From assembly GCA_038087875.1 (NCBI GenBank), contig CM075996.1, forward strand, positions 8,496,001 to 8,560,000: 64,000 nt of DNA, in the 5' to 3' direction. Within the stretch, counting starts at the first letter, position 1, and each line of letters opens with the position of its first letter. This document shows, in pieces, positions 23,263 through 36,863 of the stretch. The notes beneath the pieces are model-generated. The model saw only the letters and a program-made list of their open reading frames with translations, did no database searches and was not told the origin of the DNA. A program made the translations under genes and the position numbers. This DNA is from Malacoraja senta. Taxonomy: Eukaryota.

Positions 23263-26031
23263 GTGAGATGTGACGCACTCACTCACCCCTACTGCACCAC
23301 CCCCCACCCTACCAAACTTGACACACACTGCAGTACAGCACACAAATACCCCCCTTCAGCCCACCATGTCTATGCCACCATTGTACCTAATCCCACTAAA
23401 CCCGTTCACCTGCATCCACCTTGCTGTGTCTTGCTGATTCAAGTACTTGTCTGGGTGCTGCTTTAATGTCGTGGATGTATCTGCTCCATCATTCTCAAGC
23501 AGCGTATTCCAGACATTCTCCCACCAATCCTTCGGGAATATGAGTCAGATGCATTGGGGGCGGAACAGCGGCACAGCTGGTAGAGCCACTGCCTCACAGC
23601 GCCAGAGACCCCGGTTCGATCCTGACCTCGGGTGCTGTCTGTGTGGAGTTTGTACGTTCTCCCCGTGGATGCGTGGATTTCCTCCGGGTGCTCCGGTTTC
23701 CTCCCACTTCATAAATGACGTGCGGGTTTGTACGTTAATTGACTGCTGTAAAATTGCCCCTCGTGTGTAGGGAGTGGATGAATGAATGAATAAGTTTATT
23801 GGCCAAGTATTCACATACAAGGAATTTGCCTTGGTGCTCCGCCCACAAGTGACAACATGACATACAGTGACAGTTAGGAATGACACATAAAATATTAAAC
23901 ATTAATAATAAAACATTATCGAGAAAACATTGGGAAAATGGGATAACATAGAACTAGTGTGAACAGCTGATTGATGCGGACTCCGTGGGCTGAAGGGCCT
24001 GTTTCCATTCTGTATCTCTGAACTACACTAACCACTGGTGCAATGATGTGCCTGGGGTGACCAAACACGGCGGTGTTGGGAAGCCGTCCCTTGTAAAATG
24101 CAGATAGGAAGTTTCTGAGAGGTTGTAAGGAAATGGGGCACTTAATTGTTTAATTTAATTAGAGTAGTTTATTATTGTCATGTGTGCCGAGTTACAATGA
24201 AGAACTTGTGTGCTATCCAGTCAAATCATTCTATACATGAATGCACTCTTACTGAAGTAAAAGAGAAACTATTGTAGTGGATAATAATGGATCCTCTTAG
24301 CTTAGTTTAGAGGTACAGCGCGGAAACAGGCCCTTCGGCCCACCGGGTCTGCACCAACCAGCGATCCCCGCACATTAACACTATCCTACACCCACTCGGG
24401 ACAATTTTTACATTTACCAAGCCACTTAAACTACAAACCTGTACGTCTTTGGAGTGTTGGAGGATACCGACGATCTCGGAGAAAACCCACGCAGGTCACG
24501 GGGAGAACGTACAAGCAGCACCCGTAGTCGGGATCGAACCCGGGTCGCCGGCGCTGCATTCACCGTAAGGCAGCAACTCTACCGCTGCGCCACTGTGACT
24601 GCCTCTTCTCGTACAGCTCCAGCTGCCATATGGCCTCCTTATATCAGGGATCTCAACTGCAGGGGTAGAAATGGCATGTACAGTGTGTATAAGATGCACA
24701 AGATGCAAGCTTCTATAAAAAATGATTTTAATGCTGCGTTGATGTTGCCGTATGAACGTGCACACTAAATTGTTTTCTAAGATGCTGAAAGGGTGGCGCA
24801 GCTGGTAGAGCCACTGCCTCGCTGGGGTTTCATCCTGCCCTTGAAATGCTATCAGTGTGGAGTTTGCACATTCTCCATGTGACCACGCGGGTTTCCTCCC
24901 ACATCACAAATGCGTATGGGTTTGTAGGTTAATTGGCCTCCAGATTGTGGATGCAAAAATAGGATAGCATAGAACTAGTGCTGGTAAGGGCATCGCTTGT
25001 AAAATCTGACGGGTGGACTTTGAACGTGGCACCTCAGTAGATTATTCCTGTACACTTGCTGGTCGGGGGTGCGGTTATGCTCAACTAGACTGTTTGTAAG
25101 GACAGGAATTTCACTGTGTTGATAATCAACATATGTGACAATAAAAAGCACAATTGACCAGGAATGAATGAATGAGTGACTTTATTGTCACATGTGACAA
25201 GTCTTTATTTTGCATACCCAAGGTATACAAATGGTCGCTACATAAAGGGCACCGACCAAGTTACAAAGTACTCCATGCCGGGTCCTCCTTTGATCTTTAA
25301 CCCCCCCTGCCCCCCTCACAGCGGTTCCCCCACACCGCATCCTCCGACTCCTACGTGGCCCATCCTCGACCATCGATGCCCGCCAACCTCTACCTCAAGC
25401 GCTCTCATCAACCGCCGCGCCGACTCAGAGACTGGCCGCGGACAGGTTAGACCGCCGACCCACAGACCAGCAACGGACAGGTGAATGATGGTAGACACAA
25501 AATGCAGGAGTAACTCAGCGGGTGAGGCAGCATCTATGGCCAATTCCTTCTCTCCATACATGCTGCCTCACCCACTGAGTTACTCCTGCATTTTGTGTCT
25601 ACCTTCGATTGTACCAGCGTCTGCAGTTATTTCTTAGACAGGTAAATGATAGTCAGCTTGGACTCAGTGGGCTGATGGGCCTTTTTCCATAGGGGTATCT
25701 CTGAACTAAACTAAGCTTGTAGCTGTTCATTCTGTGCTGGCTGGTTTAGTGTTGCAGCATTCTTTCTAAACATAGTTCCCTGACCTTTCCCCCTGCTGCG
25801 GCCTCACAAGCAGCGTGCTGGTTCTTGTGTAGGAAGGAACTGCACATCGAAGATAGGCACAAAATGCTGGAGTAACTCAGCGAGCGGGACAGGCAGCATC
25901 TCTGGAGAGAAGGAATGGTTGACGTTTCAGGGGTGGAGACCCTTCTTCAGACTGATGATTCAGCTGGTACCCCCCCCCCCCCCTCCATGCCTTGGTATTT
26001 TATCGTTAACGATTGATTCTTTCGTCGGCAG

Positions 26032-26076
26032 GATCTGATCGTTCTCCGCGATGGTTTCGACATCCTCTTGCCCAAG
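26032..26076 (+). CDS. ADSL: ADSL exon 3 (DLIVLRDGFDILLPK)
   Basis: 45 nt, AG/GT, in phase. Confidence 0.95.
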
Positions 26077-26155
26077 GTGAGACTCTCGCTGTTGGCGGCG
26101 GCTGCATTTCCCCTGCCACTGTCCTTGAGCCGCTTTGACTATCCCTCTGCTGCAG

Positions 26156-26235
26156 CTGGCGCGAGTCATCGGCCGGCTGGCGGGCTTTGCCCAGGACCAC
26201 GCCACTCTCCCAACCCTCGGCTTCACCCACTACCA
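26156..26235 (+). CDS. ADSL: ADSL exon 4 ([27 protein letters not shown])
   Basis: Catalytic His motif GFTHYQ; 80 nt; preceding intron only 79 nt. Confidence 0.96.
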
Positions 26236-27142
26236 GTAAGTGTGAAGGAAAACTTACAAACACACCACAATGATCGAATGTGTGGAACTTTGAATGGTAT
26301 TCTCTTGTCACATGGACCTAAGGTCATAAGAAATAGGAGTAGAATTAGGCCATTCGACCCATCAAACCTACTCCGCCATTCAATCATGGCTGATCTATCT
26401 CTCCCTCCTAACCCCACTCTCCTGCCTTCTCCCCATAATCCCTGACACCTGTACTAATCAAGAATCTATCTCTGCCTTAAAAATATCCACTGACTTGGCC
26501 TCCACAGCCTTCTGTGGCAAAGAATTCCACAGATTTGCCACCCTCTGACTAAAGAAATTCCTCCTCAACTCCTTCCTAAAGGAACGTCCTTTAATTCCGA
26601 TGCTATGCCCGCTAGTCCTAGACTCTCCTATATCGTACACTGTTGATGGCTCAATAGTGATCACCTATAGCCTTTCTGCTGACTGGAGAGCACGGAATGA
26701 AGGGCTTTTCTCTGTACCTCGGTACACGTAACAATAAACTAAGCTAAACGCCACTAATGTTTCATCCCCAAATGTTCCACCAGTGAATGGTTTGGGAGGT
26801 CACTCCACAGGGCCAAAGACCTCCTGATCTGTGGGATGCTCTCAGGGTTAAACACTGATCAAACACAGGCCCTTCGGCCCATTGTGTTCGCGCCGACCAG
26901 CGATCCCCGCATGTTAACACTATCCTATAAGGATTTTTCAGGCAGATAGATGGTTTCTTGATTAGTACAGGTGTCAGGGGTTATGGGGAGAAGGCAGGAG
27001 AATGGGGTTAGGAGGGAAAGATAGATCAGCCATGATTGAATGAAGGTGTGAGGTGGGGGTCCATGTCAGGGTCAGACTGGTTCAGCCACGGTGGGGGGGA
27101 GTCTCCATATAACTTGTGTGTGTGTGCGCTGTCGTTATCCAG

Positions 27143-27314
27143 GCCGGCCCAGCTGACCACGGTGGGGAAGCGCTGCTGCCTCTGGATCCAGGACCTGTGC
27201 ATGGACCTGAGGAACCTGGAGCGCGCCCGTTCCGAGCTGCGTTTCCGGGGGGTGAAGGGAACCACGGGCACTCAGGCCAGCTTCCTGCAGCTCTTCGAGG
27301 GAGACCACAGCAAG
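27143..27314 (+). CDS. ADSL: ADSL exon 5 ([18 protein letters not shown]...[22 protein letters not shown])
   Basis: 172 nt, AG/GT, conserved motifs. Confidence 0.97.
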
Positions 27315-28060
27315 GTGAATGGTGGCGGCTGCCCCGGGCCAAGGGGGTTGATCACTTGATTGAACGATACAGCATGGAAACAGGCCCACCGTCCACTCCG
27401 ACCATCCGTCACCCGTTCACACTGGTTTTGTGTTATCTTCACTTTCTCATCCACTCCCCACACTCTCGGGGCAATCTACAAAGGCCATTTCACCTACAAA
27501 CCCACACCGGAATGGTACCATTCGGCGCCGCCATTTAGGCACCGCCCTTTCGGGGGGTTAGGGTTAGGGTTCTGATGAGTACAGATATTATAAACGGAGG
27601 CGCCGAAACAGCGGCGCCGAAACGTACCCGACCCAACCCACACGTCTTTGGGATGTGGGAGGAAACCGGAGCACCCGGAGGAAACCCACACGGGCACAGG
27701 AAGAACATGCAAACTCCACGCAGACAGAGGTAGTGCTTTCCCAGGTTGATTGTAAATAGCAGTGGGTTTCTGCTCCAATCAGCATTTGCCCGATCCAGCT
27801 GGCCTGCCTGTGGACCGAGCTTTGCCGGGCAGTGAGCTGAATCACCTAATTCCTTCAGCAATACTCCAAGCAGTCAAGAGTGTTTTAGTCTCATATGTCC
27901 CCAACAGAATAATGAAATTCTTACTTTCAGCCGCACAACAGAATATGTGAACATAGCACTGTGTAAACAATGTATTAAACAAAAACTTCAGTATACGCAT
28001 GTGTGCGCACACACAGACACGCAATTATAATGCAAAAAGACGAAACCAATGCACATGTGG

Positions 28061-28556
28061 GGCGCGGCACGGTGGCGCAGCGGTAGAATTGCTGTCTTGC
28101 GGCGCTAGAAACCCAGAATCGATCCTGACCACGGGTGCTGTCTGTACGGTATTTGTACATTCTCCTGGTAACTGCTTGGGTTTTCTCCGGTTTCCTCCTA
28201 CACTCCAAAGGCGCACAGGTTTGTAGGTTAATTGGCTTTGTAAAAACATTATAAATACAGATGCTCCCCGATGTACGATGCTTCGACTTACAATACTTCG
28301 ACTTTACAATGGTGCAACGGCAGCGAGCCGCAGCTGACTTCCGGTCACGTGATCAAATTGTATTAAATGCGTTTTCCACTTACGATATTTTTGATTTACG
28401 ATGCGTTTATCGGAATGTAACCCCATCGTAGTTCGAAGAGCAGCTGTAGTCCCTAGTGTGATTAGGATAGCGTTAGTCTATGAGGATGGCTGGTCGGCGG
28501 GGACTCAGTTAGCTGAAGGGCCTGTTTCTGCGCTGTATCTCTAAACTAAACTAAAC
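28061..28556 (+). mobile_element. tRNA-derived V-SINE (HE1-like), representative of ~20 copies or fragments in the window
   Basis: A/B-box head GGTGGCGCAGCGGTAG...TCGATCC, V-domain, (CTAAA)n tail. Confidence 0.85.
28258..28446. mobile_element. Tc1/mariner-pogo (Tigger-like) MITE nested in the SINE
   Basis: TIRs CAGATGCTCCCCGATGTACGATG / CATCGTAGTTCGAAGAGCAGCTG with TA on both sides. Confidence 0.75.
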
Positions 28557-29049
28557 AATGCCCATGTATTTCAGAGCTTTATTTGAAGGTTCTAGTGGTT
28601 AATAGCCTCATGGCTGTCAGAAGAAACTGCTCCTGAACCTGGCCATTGCAGATGCAGCAAGAATACACAATTAAAACTAGCTGATTAGTTGCAACAGTGT
28701 TTTAATTCCATCCAGTTGCTTTATGGCTGAATTGGATGTTGACCTATCTAATCTGTTCAGTGTTGGCATGGACTCTGGTCCAACACCCTCGCTTGCAGTA
28801 ATGGCTTCACATTCCTGTATCCATGGTTGATCACCAGGATAGGAACTTCCCTCTGAAGAAGGAAGCTAGAGGTCCCGATGTAGATGCCCGAGTAGACCAA
28901 CTCAGAAACTCTGCCACTGACTGTTGGACAATCACACTGCATTACTCTGCTGAATAGCAGGCTGGTTCTCCCACCAGCCCCCACCAGGATTTACTCCTTG
29001 AAACATTGAACCTCAGTGGCCACTCTCAGTACCGTGTTAATGTGCACAT

Positions 29050-29396
29050 TGTCACGGTATCACACTGTGTAACTCAACAACACTGTATTAGTTGCGAAGT
29101 CCTCTGAGATGACTTGTTTGTGCAAAGGCAGTGCATAAGATGCATGTCTTTGCTTTTCTATAAAATATATATCTGCAATATATATCTTTCCTAAATCTTC
29201 CCCATTTTCTGTCGTTTTTTCATTGTAAATCTTCCGAATGCTGAAACCATGCAGAGTGGACACAGGCCATTTGGCCCAGCCAGCTGCTCTGTGTGTCAGT
29301 GCTGCTACTCCCTGAGCTTCCCAGTGTTTCTCTGACTCCTCCAGCCCTCCCAGCTCTGCCCAGTGTTGTTGAGTTACACAGTGTTATACCGTTACA
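29050..29396. repeat. Element bounded by 36-bp inverted repeats (TGT...ACA)
   Basis: 29050-29085 vs 29361-29396, 2 mismatches. Confidence 0.75.
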
Positions 29397-29514
29397 GGCA
29401 GCCCTGGCCACTGCGTCTGCCTGCGGTACTACGGCAGATCGGTGTTCAGTGACCCGCTCTGGTTCTAACGCTTTCTCTCCCCCCCCCCCCCCCCCCCGGC
29501 TCCTTCTCTTTCAG

Positions 29515-29561
29515 GTCGTGGAACTCGATCGCCTGGTGACAGAGATGGCAGGATTTCAACA
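29515..29561 (+). CDS. ADSL: ADSL exon 6 (VVELDRLVTEMAGFQ)
   Basis: 47 nt, acceptor ttcag, donor GTGAGT. Confidence 0.94.
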
Positions 29562-31940
29562 GTGAGTTATCAGCCGTCAGCACACGGCATGTCGACCACC
29601 GGCGGTCAGTGCTCCCGTTCACACAGGCAGATCTCTGTCCTCAGCCCGACACTCCCTGGTGCCGCCCTAAGATGGCGACTATTTGCGTGCTAGCCACAGA
29701 CGCAGATGTACAATCACACATTACAATCGCTCCACGCTTTCAAAACATTTCTTACCTTAACTGTGATACCTCGGACTATTTTTGATTGGACTTCACTGGC
29801 TTTACCTTGCATTAAACGTTGTTCCCTTATCATGTATCTATGCACTGTAAATGGCTCAATTGTAATCATGTTTTGTCTTTCCGCTGACTGGTTAGCACAC
29901 AACAAAAGCTTTTCACTGTACCTCGGTACACGTGACAATAGATAAACTAAACTGTGATCTGTGACTGACTTTGCTTCTACCGACTCCCTCCTTCTCAACG
30001 CTCCTGCCCTCCCCGCAACTTTACCCCTGGCCAGACTCACCACACGCTGTGAAAGGAACTCTCCCCCCAATTGGTCCCTTGAACTAGTATTAGTATAAAC
30101 TTATTAATTCATTAATTATTGTCATTCAATAAGATCACAACTGATCCAACTTGTCCCGGTGTGCTCCCGTTTTTCCCACCATCTCTCCACCTGCCGTCAC
30201 CCTCCACCCCCCCACCCATTCAGTAATTCAGAATGAAGGAGATTTAGAAGCCTTGGGCAAATTGAATTGTTACTTTCTTTATTTTTATTCTTTATGTTTA
30301 CGGAGAGGAGAACAATCTGCGCATGCGTGGTTTAAAATGTTTTTAAAGCCGACTGACTGCCTACCCTGAGTAATTACTGACGGCACGTGCCTGCCTTATA
30401 GGTAATACCCTCCAATCCAGGCAGCATCTTCTGCACCTTCTTCAAAACCTCCACATATTGTCAGCAATGAGGTGACCAGAACTGTACACAATACAACAAA
30501 TGCGGCCTAACCAACATCCTATGAAGCTGAAGGTAGACACAAAATGCTGGGGAAACTCGGCGGGTGAGGCAGCATCTACGGAGAAAAGGAGTAGGCGACG
30601 TTTCGGGTCGAGACCCTTCTAAAGCTGCATCATGACTTCCTGACTCCGATACTCAGTGCCTCAACAAATGAAGACGAGCGTAACATACGCCTTCTTTACG
30701 TTCTGTCTACTTGTGTTGCCACTGTCGGGAAGCGATGGACTCGGACTCCAAGAGCCCTCTGCTCATCAATGCTGTTAAAGTTCTTATGGCGCCTTCCCGC
30801 CCACACGTTGGTGTTGCATATAGCCGGTTGCAGCTGGTGACTCGCTTGCAGTAACGGGCTGTGTGCAAAACCAAAGTGGGCGTGCAGGCGCCACAGGTTT
30901 ACTTGGTCGATTGCCACCGTGTCACTTTTATCGTCATCCATTCTGCGAGTGAGTGGAAGGCAGCGTGTGGCAACGAGGTCACCAGTGGTAGAATCTGCTG
31001 AATCCCACCACAGAAAGCCAAAAACAGCCGACACGTAGCTCAGAGACACCTTGTGTCTCGTTATTCCAGAAGCTTTTACCCACAATCTCACTAATCATAA
31101 CCCGTGTGCAGATAAGGCCAATTAGTGCGTCTGCCCTTGGAGTTGTTATTTTTAAGAAGGAACTGCAGATGCTGGAAAAATAGGTAGACAAAAATGCTGG
31201 AGAAACTCAGCGGGTGAGGCAGCATCTATGGAGCGAAGGACAATAGACAATAGGTGCAGGAGTAGGCCCTTCGAGCCAGCACCGCCATTCAATGTGATCA
31301 TGGCTGATCATCCCCAATCGGTACCCCATTCCTGCCTTCTCCCCATATCCCCTGACTCCGCTATGTTTAAGAGCCCTATCTGGCTCTCAGAGACTAGAAA
31401 CGTCACCTATTCCTTCGCTCCATAGATGCTGCCTCACCCGCTGAGTTTCTCCAGCATTTTTGTCTACCTTGGAGTTATGATTGAGCTCTTGTGGCTGGGC
31501 CTTCTCGTGAGGCTGCTGGCGAATCGCTGCCGGTAACCGGCGGTATGGAAAACCAACGTGGGCGTGAAGGCACCACAGTCTTGTCATTAACTGTCCACTT
31601 TCCCCGTACATTCGACGTCCCGACACCTCACACCAGCGTGCATTAAACTCTGTGTGTGTGTGTATGCTCTCTGTGCCCGCACCACTGGCCCGTCCTCTCT
31701 CCCTCCTCCATCCCGTCGCCGATCCGTATCTCCGTCCTCGTTCTCCCCTCCTCCTGCCTCTCCCACTCCCCCGTGCCTGCTCCCCTTGGGCCTTTCTCAT
31801 CCCGCCCCCCTCTCTGATGGGGTCAGAGAGCAGCAGGAACCCTCCTCGCTCCTGCCGGCTCCAAACCGGTCCGCCAACGTCAGGTTTGCACAAACCGTGA
31901 GAGGGGGGAAGGAATCAACGTTGCCATTTTGTACCCGCAG

Positions 31941-32031
31941 GACCTACATGGTGACGGGACAGACGTACAGTCGCAAGGTGGACATCGACTCTGTGGCCGT
32001 ACTCTCCAGCCTTGGAGCCTCAGTGCACAAG
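31941..32031 (+). CDS. ADSL: ADSL exon 7 ([30 protein letters not shown])
   Basis: TGQTYxRK motif; 91 nt. Confidence 0.96.
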
Positions 32032-32303
32032 GTCAGAGGAGTGTCCAGTCAGTGTGTACTGGGGGGGGGGGGTGTTGGGTGCAGTGTCAGGGTGGGTGGG
32101 CGAGGGCAGGAGCAAGGGTGTGTGTGCCTGGGAGGGAGGGAGGGAGTGAGGGAAGCGGTTAATTGTGGGGAATATGTGTGTTGGGCCACGGGGAGGTTCA
32201 TCTGTTCTAGGACCAGGGAGGTGGGGAGGAGAGAGTGTCAGTGGGACCAGGGGGGTGTTTGTCCGAGTGGGGAGTGCCCGGTAACCCTCTGCCATCTTTA
32301 CAG

Positions 32304-32373
32304 ATCTGCACTGATATCCGCCTGCTGGCAAATCTGAAGGAGATGGAGGAGCCCTTTGAGAAAGAACAGATCG
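32304..32373 (+). CDS. ADSL: ADSL exon 8 ([23 protein letters not shown])
   Basis: 70 nt, AG/GT. Confidence 0.96.
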
Positions 32374-33505
32374 GTGAGCAAGGCAGTGGGCAGAGGGGAG
32401 CAGCTCCCCTGTGTGGGTGGGGGAGGCACTTACTCCACTGGGTGGGGGCTGGGGCCTTTGCTGGACATTGGTTATCATTGCCGCCTGTACCGTACAGTGG
32501 GTAACAGTTGTTCGTGTGCGACCTGTTCCAATCACACTGGACAGCTAGCCATTCACATGTACTACAGAAAGTGCAAAGAGAAAAATGCCAGAGTGCAGAG
32601 TATAGTGTTCCAGTGTTCCAACTACAGAGAAAGTGCAGAGTTAAAAAGTGCAAGCACTGTGATGAGGTGGGTTGGAGATGGGGACTGCACCTAGCTTATG
32701 GAAGAAACAAAGAACTGCAGAAGCTGGTTTATACCGAAGATGGATACAAAGTGCTGGAGTAACTCAGCGGTCAGGCAGCATCTCTGGAGAAAAAGGAAGG
32801 GTGACGTTTCGGGTTGGGTCTGAAGAAGGATCCTGACCCGAAACGTCACCCACCCTTTTTTTTTCCAGGGATACTTACTGACCCGCTGAGTTGCTCCAGC
32901 ACTTTGTGATCTATCTCGAACCAATGAAAGGTCCATGAATCATCTGGTAACAGTTGGGGAGCAATTGTTCCTGACCCTGGAGGTGCGTGTCCAGCTCGCC
33001 CTGCTGTGGGCGAATGGAACAGACAGGATGGTTTTCAACCGGTCTGCTCAATTTGATACGCTGGAATGGAGTTCACTGCATGAGGGTGTTCGTGCGCCCG
33101 CACGTGATCCACATCACTCCCATTCCCCGCACGTCCACGTGCCTATCATAAAAGCCCCTTTAACACCACCATCGCACCTGCCTCCACCACCACCCCTGTC
33201 AACGTGTTCCAGGCATCCACCACTCAACGGTGGGTGGAGGTTGAGGGGTGTCCCTGGTTTGGGTGCAGGGTGAGGGTTGTTGTGGCTGGGGGGGGGAGGG
33301 GTGGTGTGTGGGTCGTGAAGGGCGTTCCAAGTGTATTGGGGGGGGTTGCTGTGACGGTTGTGCCAAGAGGGCGAGTGTTGTCCCTGTTCTGCGTGGATTT
33401 GAGGGGGTTCTGATGGGTGCCCCCTGGTATGAGGATGTCGTGCATGTAGTGGGGACGGTCAATGGGCATCCCGTGTGGACAAGAAGGCAAGGGGGCGTGG
33501 GTTGA

Positions 33506-33898
<393 letters not shown>

Positions 33899-34204
33899 TG
33901 ACACGCCACCACCTGCCAAGATACTTCGCCCCCCACTTCACCTTCCCCCCACCCCAAACACTCTCCACCCCCCTCCGGCTGGCACTTCACTGCCTGCCGA
34001 GATCTTGTTCCCCTCCTCCTTCCCCCTCACTCCCTCCCTTTTCCCTCCCACTTCATCCCTTCGGCCAACACCTCACTGCCTGCGAGATAACTGTGTGTGT
34101 GTGGTCTCTCAGTCCCTCCCCACCCTCCGTGTGACACCTCACCACCCGCTGAGACACCTCGTCCCCCATCCTCTGGCTGACACCTCCCCCTTCTCTCCCT
34201 TCAG

Positions 34205-34295
34205 GCGCATCTGTCTGCCCGAGGCGTTCCTCACGGCAGACGTCATCCTGAGCACAATGCAGAACATCACGGAGGGGCTGGTCGTTTACCCAAAG
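34205..34295 (+). CDS. ADSL: ADSL exon 10 ([30 protein letters not shown])
   Basis: 91 nt, AG/GT. Confidence 0.96.
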
Positions 34296-36215
34296 GTAGG
34301 CTGGCTGTGAGGGAGCTGGGCCGTGGGCTAACGTCTGTGTAACGTGGTGGGATTGGGTCTGCAGCTAGAGCTGACGGGCCGCAGCAACGTAACGTGAGCC
34401 TCCCTTTCCACGCTGCACGTGCAACTGGTGCTCATGGCTTCCAGTCCAGTGAACTCTCTTCAGCTCCTTGGACAGGAGAGATCGTTGAACTTAACCTTGT
34501 TAGTTTGTTTAGAGATATAGTGTGGAAACAGGCCCTTCGGCCCACCGAGTCCACACCAACCAGCAATCACCCCGTACGCTCAAACTATCCTGCACTCTAG
34601 GGCCAATTTACAATTTTTACTGCAGCCAAATGAATCGACAAAGGCTATAATAGCTTAAAATCAAAAGCCCCAAAGGATTGAATCCCAGGCACCTGGGAAA
34701 GAGTTTGGGAGATTGGAGTAAGGGTCAAAGGGGCAGCAGAGTGGCACTGCTCCCTTACTAGAGTTGCTGCCTTACCGTGCCAGAGACCCGGGTTCGATCC
34801 TGACCATAAATTTACATGTTCTCCCCGTGACTGCGTGGGTTTTCTCTGGTTTCCTCCCACACCCCAAAGTCGTACAAGTTTGTATGTTAATTGGCTTCGG
34901 TAAAAAAATTATAAATTGTCCCTTGTATGTAGGATAGTGTTAGTGTACGGTGTGGACTCGGTGGGCTGAAGGGCCTGTTTCCTTGCTTTATCTCTTTAGT
35001 CTAAAGAATGGGAAGGCTTTTAATTTTTTTAAGGAACTGGGGGACTTTTGTTTAAATGGATTGTAATCTTAAAACAGAACTGAGGAAATGTGACAATAAA
35101 AAATGTTGTTTCTTTCCCCATGATTAATAGGTGTTAACTATAACATCTTTGACCCTAAGTATTTCTTAGAAGTAAATCAGGCATCTTCTGATTTGCAAAG
35201 AATAAAGTGAAGTGGGTGGTAATGGAGCCGCCTTCACCATGAGATATTTGTATAAAGTTGATATGCAGTGACTTGTGTACACAAAGGGTCCTGGAGGGAT
35301 GTTTCGATAGGGATCAAGAGTGTTTTACCGTCAAAACGGAACAATGAAATTCTTACTTGCAACAGCACAACAGGCTGTACTCAATAGAAAATATTTAGTG
35401 CTCAATAGAAAATATAATAAAACAAAAAAAGTTCAATAAATTTAAAAAGGAACAATATAGTGCAAAAACAAAACCAAAAGTCCCTAGAGCAAAGCCCCGT
35501 CACGAGGCAGTTTGTAGTTCTACTCCCCTTCCCATTCCCATATTGACCTTTCTGTCCTGGAACTCTTCCACTGTCAGAGTGAAGCCAAACGCAACTTGGT
35601 TTCAGTTTCAATTTAGTTCAGTTTATTGTCATATACCGAGCTACGGTGAAAATTGGAGGAATAGCACCCGATATTTCACTTGGGCAGCTTACGACCCAGC
35701 AGTATTTCTCTAACTTCAAGTACCCCTTGCATCCGCTCTCCCTCTCCCTCTCCCTCTCCCTCTCCTCCCTTCCCTTCCCCCCCCCAACCCCCACCCAAGT
35801 CGTCCTGCTGAGTTTCACGGTTTGTATCACTCGTTATCACCTTCTCCACAGCCAACAATGGAGCATTGTGGACTCCACCTTTCCTTGATCATCGTTCATG
35901 GCTTTGATTTGTCCTTTTTGCATACCTTTCATTCATTTGTTCTATGTACTTCAATGTCTCTCGTTTCCATCTCCCCTGACTCTCAGTCCGAAGAAAGGTC
36001 TCGACCCGAAACTTCACCTATTCCTTTTCTCCAGAGATGCTGCCTGAGCTACTGCAGCTTTTTGTGTCTATCATGTTTGTAGTTCTGCTAGTTTAGTTGG
36101 GAGTTAATAGGGTAGTTCATAGGAGAACTAGTGTCCCGTTTGTGTGCTGTGGGTGGCCTGCCTGAGCTTATCAACAGGGTCCATGTTCAAGGCTGTGCAT
36201 CTCTGGAACAGCTGA

Positions 36216-36722
<507 letters not shown>

Positions 36723-36863
36723 TGAGAGATCAGTGGCCATGATCCATTCTGCAAACACAACACTGGGTTGTGGGGATGCAGGGGGCGGTGGCGCGTGCGG
36801 TTTGTTTTCCCTGTGGCCGGGTCACCCTGGTGCGTCACTGATTCCGCTCTCTCCCCGCCGCAG

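Noticed and set aside
27500..27635. (TTAGGG)3 and small GGCGCC palindromes
   Set aside because: Too short for an interstitial telomere; looks like a small repeat inserted in a SINE
30696..31893. Minus-strand ORFs sharing LWxLHAHxGF
   Set aside because: The similarity follows from the DNA duplication; other frames have stops and I recognise no protein
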